From: Phycisphaerae bacterium
GTDB lineage: Bacteria; Planctomycetota; Phycisphaerae; UBA1845; PWPN01
Assembly (NCBI GenBank): GCA_026647385.1
Contig: JAPKGY010000001.1
Location: 1 to 26,811 of the forward strand
Length of the DNA: 26,811 bases
Direction: 5' to 3'
Shown here: in pieces, positions 26,086-26,811 of the stretch
How positions within the stretch are numbered: the first letter of the stretch is position 1
Layout of the letters: each line of letters opens with the position of its first letter
Translations under genes and position numbers: made by a program
Notes under the pieces: generated by a model
What the model was told of the DNA's origin: nothing
What the model saw: the letters and a program-made list of their open reading frames with translations, nothing else
Databases searched by the model: none

Positions 26086-26811
26086 TCATCGCGAATCACG
26101 CGAAAGCAAGCCCCGTTTATCGAACGGAGACGCATTCCCGCACACCGGCGCGCGATCAAGGCCCGGAGCGGACGAGTCGCGGCGCCGCTCGGGCGAGGCC
26201 GAAAGCGACGGGCCAGATCGCACAGCCACCGCATCCAATCCTGCGACGCTGCATGCTCTTCCGGTCACCTCGGGTGTCGGGGAATCGCGGGTTTCAAGGG
26301 CTCGCTCGGACGGCGTCGTCGCCGGAGCATCCGCCCCGACGTCCAGAGTGATGTCATCGTCGGAGTCGAATTCTCCATCCACTCCGGCACTCACCAGCGC
26401 GTAACGGATTTGATCGCCTTCGCTCTTCCGCAGGCGCATCGGGCGAAACCAGCCATCTTTTGTGACGTCGTGGTTCCTGGGCAGGGCCTTACCCAGCTCG
26501 GCGATATCATCGGGTACATCCTCACCAACCTGCTGGCGACCAAGTATCTGGTCTCCCAGGACCAGCATGCGAAAGTGGGTTACTCCCTCGGGATGCGCGT
26601 AACCCCTCGCCCTTTCATCCCTGGGGCCCAAAGCCAGGATTCCGGCTCCCCCCGAGGCCAGCACGACGCCCACGAGCACCCAGACGCGAGGCCTCCGCAG
26701 ATTGCCCAGGATCTTCCGCCCTCTCTCCGTGTGGACGACCCGGAACTTGGTGGCCACGAGAAAGCCGAGGATCACCAGCCCAATGGCGACTCCAGACCAT
26801 GGCTTGGCGAT
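26086..26811 (-). CDS. Membrane protein with GspG/type-II-secretion-pseudopilin-like C-terminal motif; partial, 5' end off the window
   Basis: The frame is open to the window edge (IAKPWSGVAIGLVILGF...). Two TM segments, then DGWFRPM...YALVSAGVDGEFDSDDDI, resembling the GspG DPWG...SxGPDG...DDI motif. Confidence 0.6.
   Translation of the reverse strand: MAKPWSGVAIGLVILGFLVATKFRVVHTERGRKILGNLRRPRVWVLVGVVLASGGAGILALGPRDERARGYAHPEGVTHFRMLVLGDQILGRQQVGEDVPDDIAELGKALPRNHDVTKDGWFRPMRLRKSEGDQIRYALVSAGVDGEFDSDDDITLDVGADAPATTPSERALETRDSPTPEVTGRACSVAGLDAVAVRSGPSLSASPERRRDSSAPGLDRAPVCGNASPFDKRGLLSRDSR

Overview
GC-rich bacterial DNA whose gene content points to Planctomycetota (inference). It has four parts. 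(1) 1-11.5 kb is a minus-strand operon-like run: Zn-ribbon protein, exported prenyltransferase/squalene-oxidase-repeat protein, MoxR AAA+ ATPase, DUF58, BatA/vWA, vWA/GATase-like, and a large coiled-coil membrane protein that runs off the left edge and is missing from the ORF track. Three of its gene junctions carry hairpins built from the same GGAGA(A/G)T heptamer, and a compact three-way-junction structure lies upstream of moxR. (2) 11.9-18.3 kb holds plus-strand genes: a secreted hypothetical protein, a Zn alcohol dehydrogenase, DUF72, a DUF547 lipoprotein and a long M20 hydrolase. (3) 19-23 kb is an ECF42-type sigma factor followed by three DGPF/YCII paralogues, each with its own ECF42-like promoter, then a VOC/PhnB gene and a DUF1579 gene. 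(4) 23.1-26.8 kb holds a 19-bp perfect inverted repeat, tRNA-Gly(TCC), a TMTC-like GT-C/TPR membrane protein and a partial membrane protein with a GspG-like C-terminal motif. No CRISPR array, transposase or integrase is visible. All family assignments come from motif recognition by eye, not database searches.
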